Positions 24,699 through 34,224 of a DNA stretch of 64,000 nucleotides are shown piece after piece; position 1 is the first letter of the stretch; every line of letters starts with the position of its first letter. Position numbers and translations under genes: made by a program. Source of the stretch: Bdellovibrionales bacterium. GTDB taxonomy: Bacteria > Bdellovibrionota > Bdellovibrionia > Bdellovibrionales > CAYMLA01. Location: contig OZ244239.1 of the NCBI GenBank assembly GCA_965217115.1, positions 832,001 through 896,000 on the forward strand. Reading direction: 5' to 3'. Under the pieces are notes generated by a model. That model saw only the letters and a list, made by a program, of their open reading frames with translations. It was not told the origin of the DNA and did no database searches.

Positions 24699-27413
24699 CT
24701 ATTTAAAACGGCGAAGATTGGCTCTCAAAGCCTCGACTTTTGCATTGTGTTGCTCTAATAATTTCTTATCAGCAGCCACTAACTCTTTTGGGGCGTTAGC
24801 TACAAATCGTTCATTGGAAAGTTTTTTTTCCAAAACTCCAATGTCCTTTTCTGTTCTTTCAATGTTTTTTTCAATGCGCTTAATCTCTTCATCAAAATCA
24901 ACTAACCCCTCAAGAGGCACAGCCACCGTCACACGATCTTTACCAATAGCAACAGTAGACATTGCGCATTTCTTCAACTCCTCTCTCTGGCTAATTTTAT
25001 AACTTCGCAAGCCAGCTAATCTTATAATAGACACTCTGTTCTCATCCAGAATCTTTTGACCATGACTCGTCTCAGTCATGAAAATCCCTTCAATTTTGTC
25101 ACTTGGCTTAATACGGTTCTCTCCGCGAATATTCCGCAAGGCCAAAATTACCTCTTTGACTAGATCCACATTAACAGCCTCCTTCTCGCACCCTAAACTC
25201 AGTAATTTTTGATCATTTTGAAGATTGGGGTAATCATCGATAATAATCGCTTCGCCTCGAACAGGGAGCTTAGAATAGATTTCCTCTGTTATAAACGGAG
25301 CGAAGGGGTGTAACAACCGCAAAATACGATTCAACGTGTGGATCAACACAAATTGAGTTGCATTTTTTTCGGCACTGTTTTCTTCTCTGTAAATAATAGG
25401 TTTAATAAATTCCAGATACCAATCACAAAAGTCATACCAAGTAAAGCTGTACAACGCAGAAGCCGCATCAGAAAAATTCATTTCCGTGAGACTCTTATGA
25501 ACTCTGTTTTCCACATCCGCTAATTTTTTTAAAATCCATTTATCATAAGAAGATAAACCACTTCGAGACGGTTCGTCTTCGTTCGATATCTTAAACCCAT
25601 CCAAAGCCTTCAAAGCAAAACGACTCGCATTCCAAATTTTATTCATAAAATTACGATATCCCTCCAGCCTCTGTTCTGAAAACTTCAAATCACGTCCACC
25701 AGAAATAGATGCCATCAATGTATAGCGTAAAGCGTCTGCTCCATGGTTATCTATCACCTTTAGAGGGTCCACTGCATTACCCACAGATTTAGACATCTTC
25801 TTTCCTTGGGAATCGCGAATCAAACCGTGAATGTAAACTGTCTTAAAAGGAATCTCACCCTTAAACTCCAACCCTGCCATAACCATTCTTGCCACCCAAA
25901 AAAAGATAATATCATGCCCTGTTACCAAGATATCTGTTGGGTAAAAAGTTTTTTGAGTCTCCGTTTCCTCTGGCCAACCCATCGTACTAAAAGGCCATAA
26001 GGCCGAACTAAACCATGTGTCCAAAACGTCTTGATCTTGTTTTAAATCACTCCCACCACACTCTTCACACTCACTCGGGTCATTTTCTTTCACCATTAAA
26101 TGCTCGCAACTTTGACAGTAGAATGCTGGTATACGATGACCCCACCACAGCTGACGAGAAATGCACCAATCTTGAATGTTATTCATCCAATGCAAATAGG
26201 TTTTTGTCCAAGATTCTGGTTCAAAACGAAGTGTCCCACTTTCCACCACGTTTTTTGCTGGCTTAGCCAAATTATTTGTCTTCACAAACCATTGTTCTGA
26301 TAGATATGGCTCAACCACCGCACCACTACGGTCACAATGACCTACAGAGGTTTTATAAGGTTCAACTTTCTCAAGAAAATTTTTATTCTCTAAATCTTTA
26401 ACAATTTGCTTACGCGCCTCCTGAACCTTTAACCCTTGGTAGGACCCTGCCCTATCATTTAAAGTTCCATTTTTTTCTAAAATATTAATCAATTCTAAAT
26501 CATGCCTCAATCCCACTTCATAATCATTGAAATCGTGGGCTGGGGTGATTTTAACAACTCCAGAACCAAAATCTTTATCTACATACCTATCAGCAATCAC
26601 TGGTATTAAACGGTCTACCAAAGGGAGGCGTACCTTCTTACCGACAAAGCCCTTGTAGCGCTCATCCTCGGGATGAACACAAACAGCTGAATCTCCCAAC
26701 AACGTCTCGGGACGCGTTGTTGCCACAGTTAAGTATTCAACACCAGCGCCAACTCCCTCTTCTTTTACTAACGGATACTGAATGTGCCAGAGGTTTCCGT
26801 TGATTTCTTTATGGATAACTTCTAAATCAGAAATCGCTGATTCTAAAGGAGGAGACCAGCTCACCAAACGCTGTCCTTTATAGATGAGTTTCTTATCATA
26901 CAAAGTTGTAAATACTTTTCGAACTGCCTTAGACACCTCGTCATCCAAAGTGAAAGTCTCTCGATCCCAATCACACGAGTTCCCCAAACGCCGCATCTGT
27001 TGAGTGATTTTTCCACCGGACTCTTTTTTCCACTTCCAAACCTTTTCAACAAATTTTTCGCGGCCCAAATCATGACGAGTCTTTTTCTCATCCTTACTTA
27101 AAGCCTTCTCCACGACCACCTGAGTGGCAATGCCCGCATGATCAGTCCCTGGCAACCAAAGAGCATTAAATCCTGACATTCTCTTCCAACGAATTAAAAC
27201 ATCCTGAATCGTATGATCTAAAGCATGACCTAAGTGAAGAGCTCCTGTTACGTTAGGCGGGGGTAAAATGATACTGTAAGGTGGTTTGCTCGACACATTC
27301 TCAGCCTTGAAATAACCACTCTTTTCCCACCAATCATATATACGCTCTTCAACTTCCTGAGGGTCATAACGATCAGATAATTGAACTTGTTCTTCTCCTA
27401 ATGTTTTAGACAT
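24699..27413 (-). CDS. valS: valine--tRNA ligase
   Basis: PPPNVTGALHLGHAL, DWCISRQLWWGHRIP, KMSKS, C-terminal coiled coil. Confidence 0.99.
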   Translation of the reverse strand: MSKTLGEEQVQLSDRYDPQEVEERIYDWWEKSGYFKAENVSSKPPYSIILPPPNVTGALHLGHALDHTIQDVLIRWKRMSGFNALWLPGTDHAGIATQVVVEKALSKDEKKTRHDLGREKFVEKVWKWKKESGGKITQQMRRLGNSCDWDRETFTLDDEVSKAVRKVFTTLYDKKLIYKGQRLVSWSPPLESAISDLEVIHKEINGNLWHIQYPLVKEEGVGAGVEYLTVATTRPETLLGDSAVCVHPEDERYKGFVGKKVRLPLVDRLIPVIADRYVDKDFGSGVVKITPAHDFNDYEVGLRHDLELINILEKNGTLNDRAGSYQGLKVQEARKQIVKDLENKNFLEKVEPYKTSVGHCDRSGAVVEPYLSEQWFVKTNNLAKPAKNVVESGTLRFEPESWTKTYLHWMNNIQDWCISRQLWWGHRIPAFYCQSCEHLMVKENDPSECEECGGSDLKQDQDVLDTWFSSALWPFSTMGWPEETETQKTFYPTDILVTGHDIIFFWVARMVMAGLEFKGEIPFKTVYIHGLIRDSQGKKMSKSVGNAVDPLKVIDNHGADALRYTLMASISGGRDLKFSEQRLEGYRNFMNKIWNASRFALKALDGFKISNEDEPSRSGLSSYDKWILKKLADVENRVHKSLTEMNFSDAASALYSFTWYDFCDWYLEFIKPIIYREENSAEKNATQFVLIHTLNRILRLLHPFAPFITEEIYSKLPVRGEAIIIDDYPNLQNDQKLLSLGCEKEAVNVDLVKEVILALRNIRGENRIKPSDKIEGIFMTETSHGQKILDENRVSIIRLAGLRSYKISQREELKKCAMSTVAIGKDRVTVAVPLEGLVDFDEEIKRIEKNIERTEKDIGVLEKKLSNERFVANAPKELVAADKKLLEQHNAKVEALRANLRRFK

Positions 27414-27804
27414 TCTGGATCTCCTCAACAAGTCCTCGATAGCCACCCTCAATCACACAGACATTAAGATAGCCATTTTTATAAAGATTTTTCGCTATTT
27501 CTGTTGAATCTCTACCATCTTCACAAAGAAGCACAATTGGTTGCTCTTTTGTTTGCCTCTCTTCTTTTAACTCTAATAGCACCTTTTTCATTTCTATGGG
27601 TTTTGCGCTTTGTAAAAGAAGTTCCGCCTGAGAGAGAGTGTCTCTCTTAACCTCTCTTGTATCAAAAAAGACAAACGGGACCCTGTTCTCCAACAAATTC
27701 TTCAATTGCCATAAATCAATATAATCTATGTTTTGAGACTCTTTAACAAAAAACACCAAACACTCTCCATAGTTTAGTTTATCAAGACACTGATTTCTTC
27801 CCAT
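27406..27804 (-). CDS. rhodanese-like domain protein
   Basis: FFDTRE, IVLLCEDGRDS, GYLNV.VIEGG. Confidence 0.8.
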   Translation of the reverse strand: MGRNQCLDKLNYGECLVFFVKESQNIDYIDLWQLKNLLENRVPFVFFDTREVKRDTLSQAELLLQSAKPIEMKKVLLELKEERQTKEQPIVLLCEDGRDSTEIAKNLYKNGYLNVCVIEGGYRGLVEEIQNV

Positions 27805-29026
27805 TCTCTGGTAGTTGAGAATAATACCTCATAATAATTAAAACCGCCACAAGAGAAATCAATCCCGCTATCCAAAAAGGACTGGACATTCCCCAATATC
27901 CGTAAAAGAAACCACCTAACGCTGGACCTATAATGCGCGCCAAAGCCGAGGCACTTTGCGCCACTCCCATCACCTCTCCCTGTTCCTCTGCACCAGCCAT
28001 AAGACTGATGCTTCCCATCAACGACGGATGCATCATCCCATTACCTACACTTAACACAGTTACGACTATAGCTAAAATAGTTATACTTGATGACCAACCA
28101 ATCATCATCAATCCAAAGCCCATCATAACAAGGCCCACAGAGAGAAAAAATCTCTCCCCAAAACGATGTAAGTGCTTTCTCACTAAATATCCCTGAACAA
28201 AAACCATGATTAGCCCCACATAGGCAAACCCAAAACTAGCCTCCTTAAGCCCCCAAGAAAATTTATCTTTTACATATAAAAATAACGAGGCCTCCATGTG
28301 AGCCATCGCAAGGGTTGCTAAGAAAAACACTCCAATCAAGTGACTCAATACTGGTCGCTGACCATATCGCTTCCATTTTTCCCAGCGACTCAACTTAGTC
28401 TGAAACTTAGCCTTCTCTCTCATATTTACACTCAAACTCTCTTTTAAAATCTTACAACCCAAAAAGAAATTCAAGAAACACAAACCAGCAATCCACAAAG
28501 CTGAAAACCCCATACCAAAGGGAGGTTCTGAAGAAATACTTTGCCCCCACACCCCTAAAATACCACTTAAAAAAGGCCCCACCACAAATCCTAAACCAAA
28601 AGCGACACCTATCAATGCCATTCCCTTTGACCTTTTTTCTTTAGGTGTAATATCAGATATATAGGCCGATGCTGTCGCTATACTAGCACCAAATAACCCC
28701 GCCAACACACGAGCTAAATACAAAACCCAAAGATCACGAGCGAAAGCAAAAATGACATACGAAAGTCCTTCCCCCAGAAGACAAATAAGTATAATTCGTC
28801 TACGCCCAAAGACATCACTCATTCTTCCCCAAAAAGGAGCAAAAAGAAATTGCATCAATGCAAAAACAGACATCAAGTATCCCACTTGAGCAGGGCTTGC
28901 ATCAAACTCTGTTGCCAAATAAGGCCCCAAAGGAATCATCATCCCAAAACCGACAAGATACAAAAACACTGTTAAAAAGATGATGCCTAACTGAGAATTG
29001 TAAGAACTCTTTTCCATAACACCCAC
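27782..29026 (-). CDS. MFS transporter (TetA/DHA1-like)
   Basis: GRMSDVFGRR motif A, AYISDIT, GVAFGLGFVVGP motif C. Confidence 0.92.
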   Translation of the reverse strand: MGVMEKSSYNSQLGIIFLTVFLYLVGFGMMIPLGPYLATEFDASPAQVGYLMSVFALMQFLFAPFWGRMSDVFGRRRIILICLLGEGLSYVIFAFARDLWVLYLARVLAGLFGASIATASAYISDITPKEKRSKGMALIGVAFGLGFVVGPFLSGILGVWGQSISSEPPFGMGFSALWIAGLCFLNFFLGCKILKESLSVNMREKAKFQTKLSRWEKWKRYGQRPVLSHLIGVFFLATLAMAHMEASLFLYVKDKFSWGLKEASFGFAYVGLIMVFVQGYLVRKHLHRFGERFFLSVGLVMMGFGLMMIGWSSSITILAIVVTVLSVGNGMMHPSLMGSISLMAGAEEQGEVMGVAQSASALARIIGPALGGFFYGYWGMSSPFWIAGLISLVAVLIIMRYYSQLPENGKKSVS

Positions 29027-29156
29027 AAACTACAGAAAAGTTTCTGCCGAGTCATTCTTTTTTGCTGCGACAAAACTTCTTTTGCGATATCCTATCATTC
29101 AATATGCCTTAGAACAGGCGTTTTAGAAAAACTCTTTCTGAAAGGACCTATCAAAA

Positions 29157-30188
29157 ATGCTTCGCAATTTCTCTATCCATCTTTTTTGTCTGTTTTTGCC
29201 ATTCACGGCGGTTTCCATAGAAAAAAAATTCTATCTCAACCAAATAGACACTAGCCTCTTCATTAACTATTATGCCACAGACGCCAATTTCGATTTATCA
29301 GGAAATAATTCATATATTCTCCTTGATAATAACTCCTTTGAACATCTCTCAACTGGCCTCTTTTTACGCTGGGTCCCCAGCCCACAATGGGGATTATGGA
29401 CACAAATCACAGGCGCTCAAGCTACGAGCTATAATAATACCGACACAACCATAATAAGGACCAATCGTGGTCTAAAAGACATCTCCCTAGGAGGAGATAC
29501 TCTCCTCCTAGATAAACCCTTTCGTCTCATAGGTGATTTCTCCCTACTCTACCCATTACAAACAGTTAGCCTCAACCTTTCAGAAGAAGACAACGCCCTC
29601 ATTGGCGAAGGGGCCACTGAATTCATAGGAAAGCTCATTGCCCATCATTTTGTAACTAAAAGCCTACGGCTTTATGAATCCGTAGGTTTCCAATATCGTA
29701 ACGAACAGAGAGCCTCTCTTCTTCCTTGGCTCATTGGCTTTCAATATCAATGGAAGCGTCTTTCTATTGGCTTAAGTCTTTTAGGCTCTTTCTCGATTAT
29801 TAATGACTCCTCTCCAAGTGAAAAAAGAAAAGCCCTTACCGACAAAGTCAATGCAGGAAGTTTTAAATTCTTCTCCTCAGACCCTTCTATTGTCTCTTAC
29901 TCCCTTAACAGTTCTATAAAAATCAACAAAAGACTAAATCTCCAGGGAAGTTTCTATCAAGAACTCATTGGCTCTAATCACTCTAAAGGCTATGGGTTTA
30001 TAACCAGCCTACAATATTCTTATAAAACTAAAAATAACTCCAAAAACATAAAGGATGGATTCCTAAAAAAAGCCTCTAAACGATTCAAGAATAAAAAAAT
30101 AAAAGACGGAAAAATCCTCAAAGATTTTAAAGAAGATATGACTATAGAAGAAGATTACGATGACGATTTATTTAAAGACAATGAATGA
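29157..30188 (+). CDS. hypothetical exported protein, probable outer-membrane beta-barrel
   Basis: Signal peptide, alternating aromatic/hydrophobic strands, charged tail. Confidence 0.55.
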   Translation: MLRNFSIHLFCLFLPFTAVSIEKKFYLNQIDTSLFINYYATDANFDLSGNNSYILLDNNSFEHLSTGLFLRWVPSPQWGLWTQITGAQATSYNNTDTTIIRTNRGLKDISLGGDTLLLDKPFRLIGDFSLLYPLQTVSLNLSEEDNALIGEGATEFIGKLIAHHFVTKSLRLYESVGFQYRNEQRASLLPWLIGFQYQWKRLSIGLSLLGSFSIINDSSPSEKRKALTDKVNAGSFKFFSSDPSIVSYSLNSSIKINKRLNLQGSFYQELIGSNHSKGYGFITSLQYSYKTKNNSKNIKDGFLKKASKRFKNKKIKDGKILKDFKEDMTIEEDYDDDLFKDNE

Positions 30189-30213
30189 TCTTCTGTTCAC
30201 AGAAGTCTCTAAA

Positions 30214-30714
30214 TTAAGCAGTGATCTCTTTCTTAGATGCCTTTTGATGATCTTCAGAGTCAGGTAAGAAATCTTTCATCTGATCTAATAAGGCCAAATG
30301 GGTGTGAATTCCAGTTCTGAGCTGGGCATCAAATTTAGAATAAACTTTTCTTAACTCACCAATTTCTTTATAATAACCACTCAAAGAGTCTTGAGCTTCT
30401 TTAATAATAAGTTCACTTCTCTTGTGAGCATCAGCAATCATCACTTGTGCTTTTTTCTTTGAATTTTCATTCATATTTTCGGCCACTTTCGTGGCTGTTG
30501 TGATTGTTTTTTTCAAGACTTCGTCTCTTTCTTTGTACTCCATAATCATAAGTTCTTTTTGACGAAGCTGTTCCTTTAGATGATTACGCTCACGAACAAC
30601 GTTCTCTAAAGATTCTGAAACTTCTTGCAAAAAATCATACACTTCTTGAGTATCATAACCACGAATTTTTTTAGTAAATGCTTTATGCAAAATATCTATG
30701 GGGGTCACTTTCAT
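30214..30714 (-). CDS. divIVA: DivIVA family protein
   Basis: MKVTPIDI.HK.F.KKIRGYD..EV.DFL followed by a coiled coil. Confidence 0.92.
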   Translation of the reverse strand: MKVTPIDILHKAFTKKIRGYDTQEVYDFLQEVSESLENVVRERNHLKEQLRQKELMIMEYKERDEVLKKTITTATKVAENMNENSKKKAQVMIADAHKRSELIIKEAQDSLSGYYKEIGELRKVYSKFDAQLRTGIHTHLALLDQMKDFLPDSEDHQKASKKEITA

Positions 30715-30844
30715 AATTCTCTCCAATCGAAGTTCTAGGATCTCACTCAATTATAGACAGAGATTTTTGACAAGGCCTTAGCCAAGATTCCAAACTAAAC
30801 AAAACTAGACTTTAATCTTGTTTGCCTCGGTGGATAAGTCATTA

Positions 30845-31666
30845 TCAAGCTCTCTTTGATAGGTCTTTTGCACGCAAAACAGCCTTTTCAAAAGAAATTC
30901 GCAAAATCCTCTCCAACTCTTGCTCACGCATAGAATTTAACCCTGCCTCCGTCACACCTTGCCTGGATGTAACATTCACGCGCAATTTTTCAAAAGAACT
31001 CTTTGGTGATTTTAAAGCTAACAACGAAGTTCCTAAAAAAGTCTGTATAACCATCTGATGGGCCACTTCTTCATCAATGCCGTAATCTACAATCCAGTCT
31101 TTCCAATATTTCATAAACTCAAACAAAAAACCTGTTCCGCTACTACAAGAAACAGTAAAACCATCAAAAGGCTCTCCCTCTTCCACATAAAAAGTTTTTC
31201 CCAATGCCCCTAATAACTGCTCCATCATATCAACTAAACTTTCATCTCTCTGCAAAGTACAAAATGCTAATGTTCCTTCACGAATAAGCGTCGGTGTATT
31301 AGGCATCACCCTAACTAGTCGACAATCAGGCAAGATTTTTTTTATACTTTGCAACGAAACTCCTGCAGCTAAGCTCACAACAATTTGATTTTTCACAAAA
31401 TCTCTAGCAATAGGATCTAAAATATCAAAAAATTCTTGTGACTTCACTGCAATAAAAACAATATCACATTGATCGACCACGTCTTGATTAGACGCTAAAG
31501 CATGAATTCCATAATCTTCAGCTACTTTTATTAACTTACCCTGAGAACGGTTGCTTGCGTATATTTTATCAGCCCTAATAAACCCTGACTCAACAAGCCC
31601 CTTAATCACAGCTTGCCCCATATTTCCCGTACCAATGAAACCAATTCTAAACGCTTTAACTATCAT
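30845..31666 (-). CDS. proC: pyrroline-5-carboxylate reductase
   Basis: IGFIGTGNMG, SLAAGV, RVMPNTP, VTS..G.T. Confidence 0.93.
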   Translation of the reverse strand: MIVKAFRIGFIGTGNMGQAVIKGLVESGFIRADKIYASNRSQGKLIKVAEDYGIHALASNQDVVDQCDIVFIAVKSQEFFDILDPIARDFVKNQIVVSLAAGVSLQSIKKILPDCRLVRVMPNTPTLIREGTLAFCTLQRDESLVDMMEQLLGALGKTFYVEEGEPFDGFTVSCSSGTGFLFEFMKYWKDWIVDYGIDEEVAHQMVIQTFLGTSLLALKSPKSSFEKLRVNVTSRQGVTEAGLNSMREQELERILRISFEKAVLRAKDLSKRA

Positions 31667-32949
31667 GTTTTGTCTATTCTCCTCATACCAAAAACACCTG
31701 TTCCAAGGCGAATCATGTTTGCTCCTTCTTCCAATGCCAACTCAAAATCACGACTCATACCCATTGATAAGATCACAGGACTTTGACAAAAGGCCTGCAC
31801 CTGTTCACCTAATTTTTTCATTTGACGGAAAAAATCTCTCTGTATTTTTTCACTCATTATATCAGGAAGAATACACATCAAACCACAAAATTGCACTCCC
31901 GTAGATTCTGACGCTCTCCTAACAAGTGGTAAAAGGTCTCTCACAAAAACCCCTCCTCTATTTTCTTCTTTTGCCAAGTTCACTTGTAATAGAATTTTTT
32001 GCTTAAATAATTTTTCTTTTCTTTTCTCAACCCGATTCTCTAACTCCAGTAAAACCTCTTCTCGGTCAATAGAATGAATTAGCTCAAAACGGCCAACAAT
32101 ATTTTTTATTTTATTTTTCTGTAACCGTCCAACAAAATGCCATTCAATATCTGGCGCCCGCCCCTTTAACTCTTTTTGTTTCTCTAATGCTTCTTGCACA
32201 TAGCTTTCACCAAAAACACGTTGTCCACATTCGTAAACTGTAAAGATATCTTCACTGCTTTTACTCTTAGAGATTGCCACCAACTGTGCGTTTTTTTTAT
32301 TCATTTTCCTACGAATAATTTCTAAATTTTCTCGCAACACATCCCTTTGTGTTTTGTAACATGTAATCAGCCAATTCAATTCCTGCAATTTTTTTTTCAA
32401 CCTCTCTACAGGAAGTCCTACTACATTCCAATAAGATCCTTCATATTTTTCAACAAACTGATTTCCTCGACCCTGAATACCATAGGACCCTGCTTTGTCC
32501 AAAGGCTCTCCTGTCAAAACATAGCTTTGAATCTCGTCTTTGGACAATTCACGAAACCATACCTTTGTCGTTTCAACAAAGGAACTCAACTCCCCTGTCT
32601 CACCATTGAACAAAGCCACCGCCGTCTTGACCTCATGCTCACAGCCAGACAACTGTCCTAAAGTCCTGATACTCTCATCAGCGTCTTTTGGCTTACCCAG
32701 AACTCTTCCATCAAGAACCACCAAGGTGTCCGCTGAGATCAAGATAAAGTTCTTTAATTCTAGATGGTTAGAGGTTTTCTTCGCCATCTGAATTTTTTGA
32801 CAGGCTAGGGCCTGAATTTGCTCGTCTAAATTCAGGTTTTTGTTAAGAATTTCCGATACTTCAATTGGGTGAGAAAGAAAATCAAACCCGAATTGAGACA
32901 ATATCTCATAACGTCGTGGGGATTTAGAGGCGAGCAATAGCTTCTTCAT
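31663..32949 (-). CDS. Maf nucleotide pyrophosphatase fused to YggS (PLP homeostasis protein)
   Basis: N-half LLLASKSPRR, ADT.V, GKP, DKAGSYGIQG (Maf); C-half VAISK, FGESYVQE, WHFVGRLQKNK, LSMGMS.D, IRLGTGVFG (YggS); one uninterrupted frame. Confidence 0.88.
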   Translation of the reverse strand: MKKLLLASKSPRRYEILSQFGFDFLSHPIEVSEILNKNLNLDEQIQALACQKIQMAKKTSNHLELKNFILISADTLVVLDGRVLGKPKDADESIRTLGQLSGCEHEVKTAVALFNGETGELSSFVETTKVWFRELSKDEIQSYVLTGEPLDKAGSYGIQGRGNQFVEKYEGSYWNVVGLPVERLKKKLQELNWLITCYKTQRDVLRENLEIIRRKMNKKNAQLVAISKSKSSEDIFTVYECGQRVFGESYVQEALEKQKELKGRAPDIEWHFVGRLQKNKIKNIVGRFELIHSIDREEVLLELENRVEKRKEKLFKQKILLQVNLAKEENRGGVFVRDLLPLVRRASESTGVQFCGLMCILPDIMSEKIQRDFFRQMKKLGEQVQAFCQSPVILSMGMSRDFELALEEGANMIRLGTGVFGMRRIDKT

Positions 32950-32977
32950 AACCCCATTGAACCTTAAAGGATCGTAG

Positions 32978-33880
32978 ATGGGAAGTGATGAAATTTTTCT
33001 TTTTGCTGGATTACTTTTAGCAGGTATTTCCATTTACCTACTGCTCACGGCTATCTTGTCCAACAACAACGATGAACAATCTCTTTCATGGGCAACTGGC
33101 ACCGAACCTGAAAAATCTAAATTCTGGTTACTAGAAGCCTCTCGTCCATTGGTTCATCAATTTACCCTGCAACACGCTTTGCGTATTAAAAACCAACGCT
33201 ATCGACAGAGAGTCGCCAAAAAAATCCTTACAGGAGGACTCAGTCAAGAAGTAAATACCGATGAATTTATTGGACTACAAATACTTTGGGGAATTTTAGC
33301 TCCCATTGTTTTTTTCATCATGAATTTCTCTCTCGATTTAGGTTTCCCACAATGGATGATCATTTCTATGATTCCTATGGGAATTATGCTTCCCCATCTC
33401 TACGCTAGAAGAGAAAAAGCTGCACGAGCTAAGTCAGTCCTAAGAGATTTGCCTTTCTTTCTTGATCTTTTAGCTCTCTCAACAGAAGCAGGGTTAGATT
33501 TTATCAGTGCTATCAAAAGGATTGCAGACAAAGCCGAAGATAGTGTCCTGGGTGACGAATTTTCTCTGGTTCTTAGAGATATCAAACTCGGCTCCTCAAG
33601 ATCTGATGCAATGAAAGCCATGAGTCATCGTCTCGATATTTCCGAAATCACTAGCTTCGTCTCTGTTCTTCTCGATGCTGATTCTACAGGAGCTAGTATT
33701 GCACAGGTCCTCAAAGATCAATCTGAACAAATGCGACTGGAAAGGTTTGTACGCGCTGAAAAAGCAGGAGCTCAGGCCTCTCAAGCCATATTAATTCCTC
33801 TGATGATGTTTATCCTTCCGGCTGTTTTTATTATGGTTTTCGGACCTGTTGTTTTGCAATTTTATTATGGAGGTGGCTAA
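32978..33880 (+). CDS. tadC: TadC / type II secretion system F family protein
   Basis: DLPFFLDLLALSTEAGLDF, GSSRSDA, G.SIAQVL..QSEQMR..R..RAEKAG, PL..FILP. Confidence 0.9.
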   Translation: MGSDEIFLFAGLLLAGISIYLLLTAILSNNNDEQSLSWATGTEPEKSKFWLLEASRPLVHQFTLQHALRIKNQRYRQRVAKKILTGGLSQEVNTDEFIGLQILWGILAPIVFFIMNFSLDLGFPQWMIISMIPMGIMLPHLYARREKAARAKSVLRDLPFFLDLLALSTEAGLDFISAIKRIADKAEDSVLGDEFSLVLRDIKLGSSRSDAMKAMSHRLDISEITSFVSVLLDADSTGASIAQVLKDQSEQMRLERFVRAEKAGAQASQAILIPLMMFILPAVFIMVFGPVVLQFYYGGG

Positions 33881-34224
33881 TGCAGTTATTTAAAAATGCC
33901 TCTTCAAAACCCATAATAGAGCATCTAGAAGTTGCAGACACTTTTCTAATCAAAGCTAAAGGCCTTCTCGGACGCAAATCACTCCACCATTCACAAGCTC
34001 TTTGGATCAAGGACTGTTCAAGCATTCATACTTTTTTTATGCACTTCTCCATAGATGCTATTTTTATCGATAAAGAGATGACTGTTCAAAAAATTTGTAC
34101 ACACATTCCCCCTGGGACTATTCGATGGGGAAATTGGAAGTCACAAGATGTCATCGAAGTGTCTGAAGGAGCCTCAATGGCTCTTTCCATTCATGTAGGA
34201 GATCAACTCAATGTGGGCTGTTAG
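33880..34224 (+). CDS. DUF192 domain protein
   Basis: VADTF...KGLLGR, CSSIHTFFM.FSIDAIFID, VIE. Confidence 0.85.
   Translation: MQLFKNASSKPIIEHLEVADTFLIKAKGLLGRKSLHHSQALWIKDCSSIHTFFMHFSIDAIFIDKEMTVQKICTHIPPGTIRWGNWKSQDVIEVSEGASMALSIHVGDQLNVGC

Noticed and set aside
32950..33033. N-terminal extension of Maf overlapping tadC
   Set aside because: Maf homology begins at MKKLLLAS (32949); the extension is a longest-ORF artefact. The same applies to the murJ, valS, sfsA and ABC ATPase extensions.
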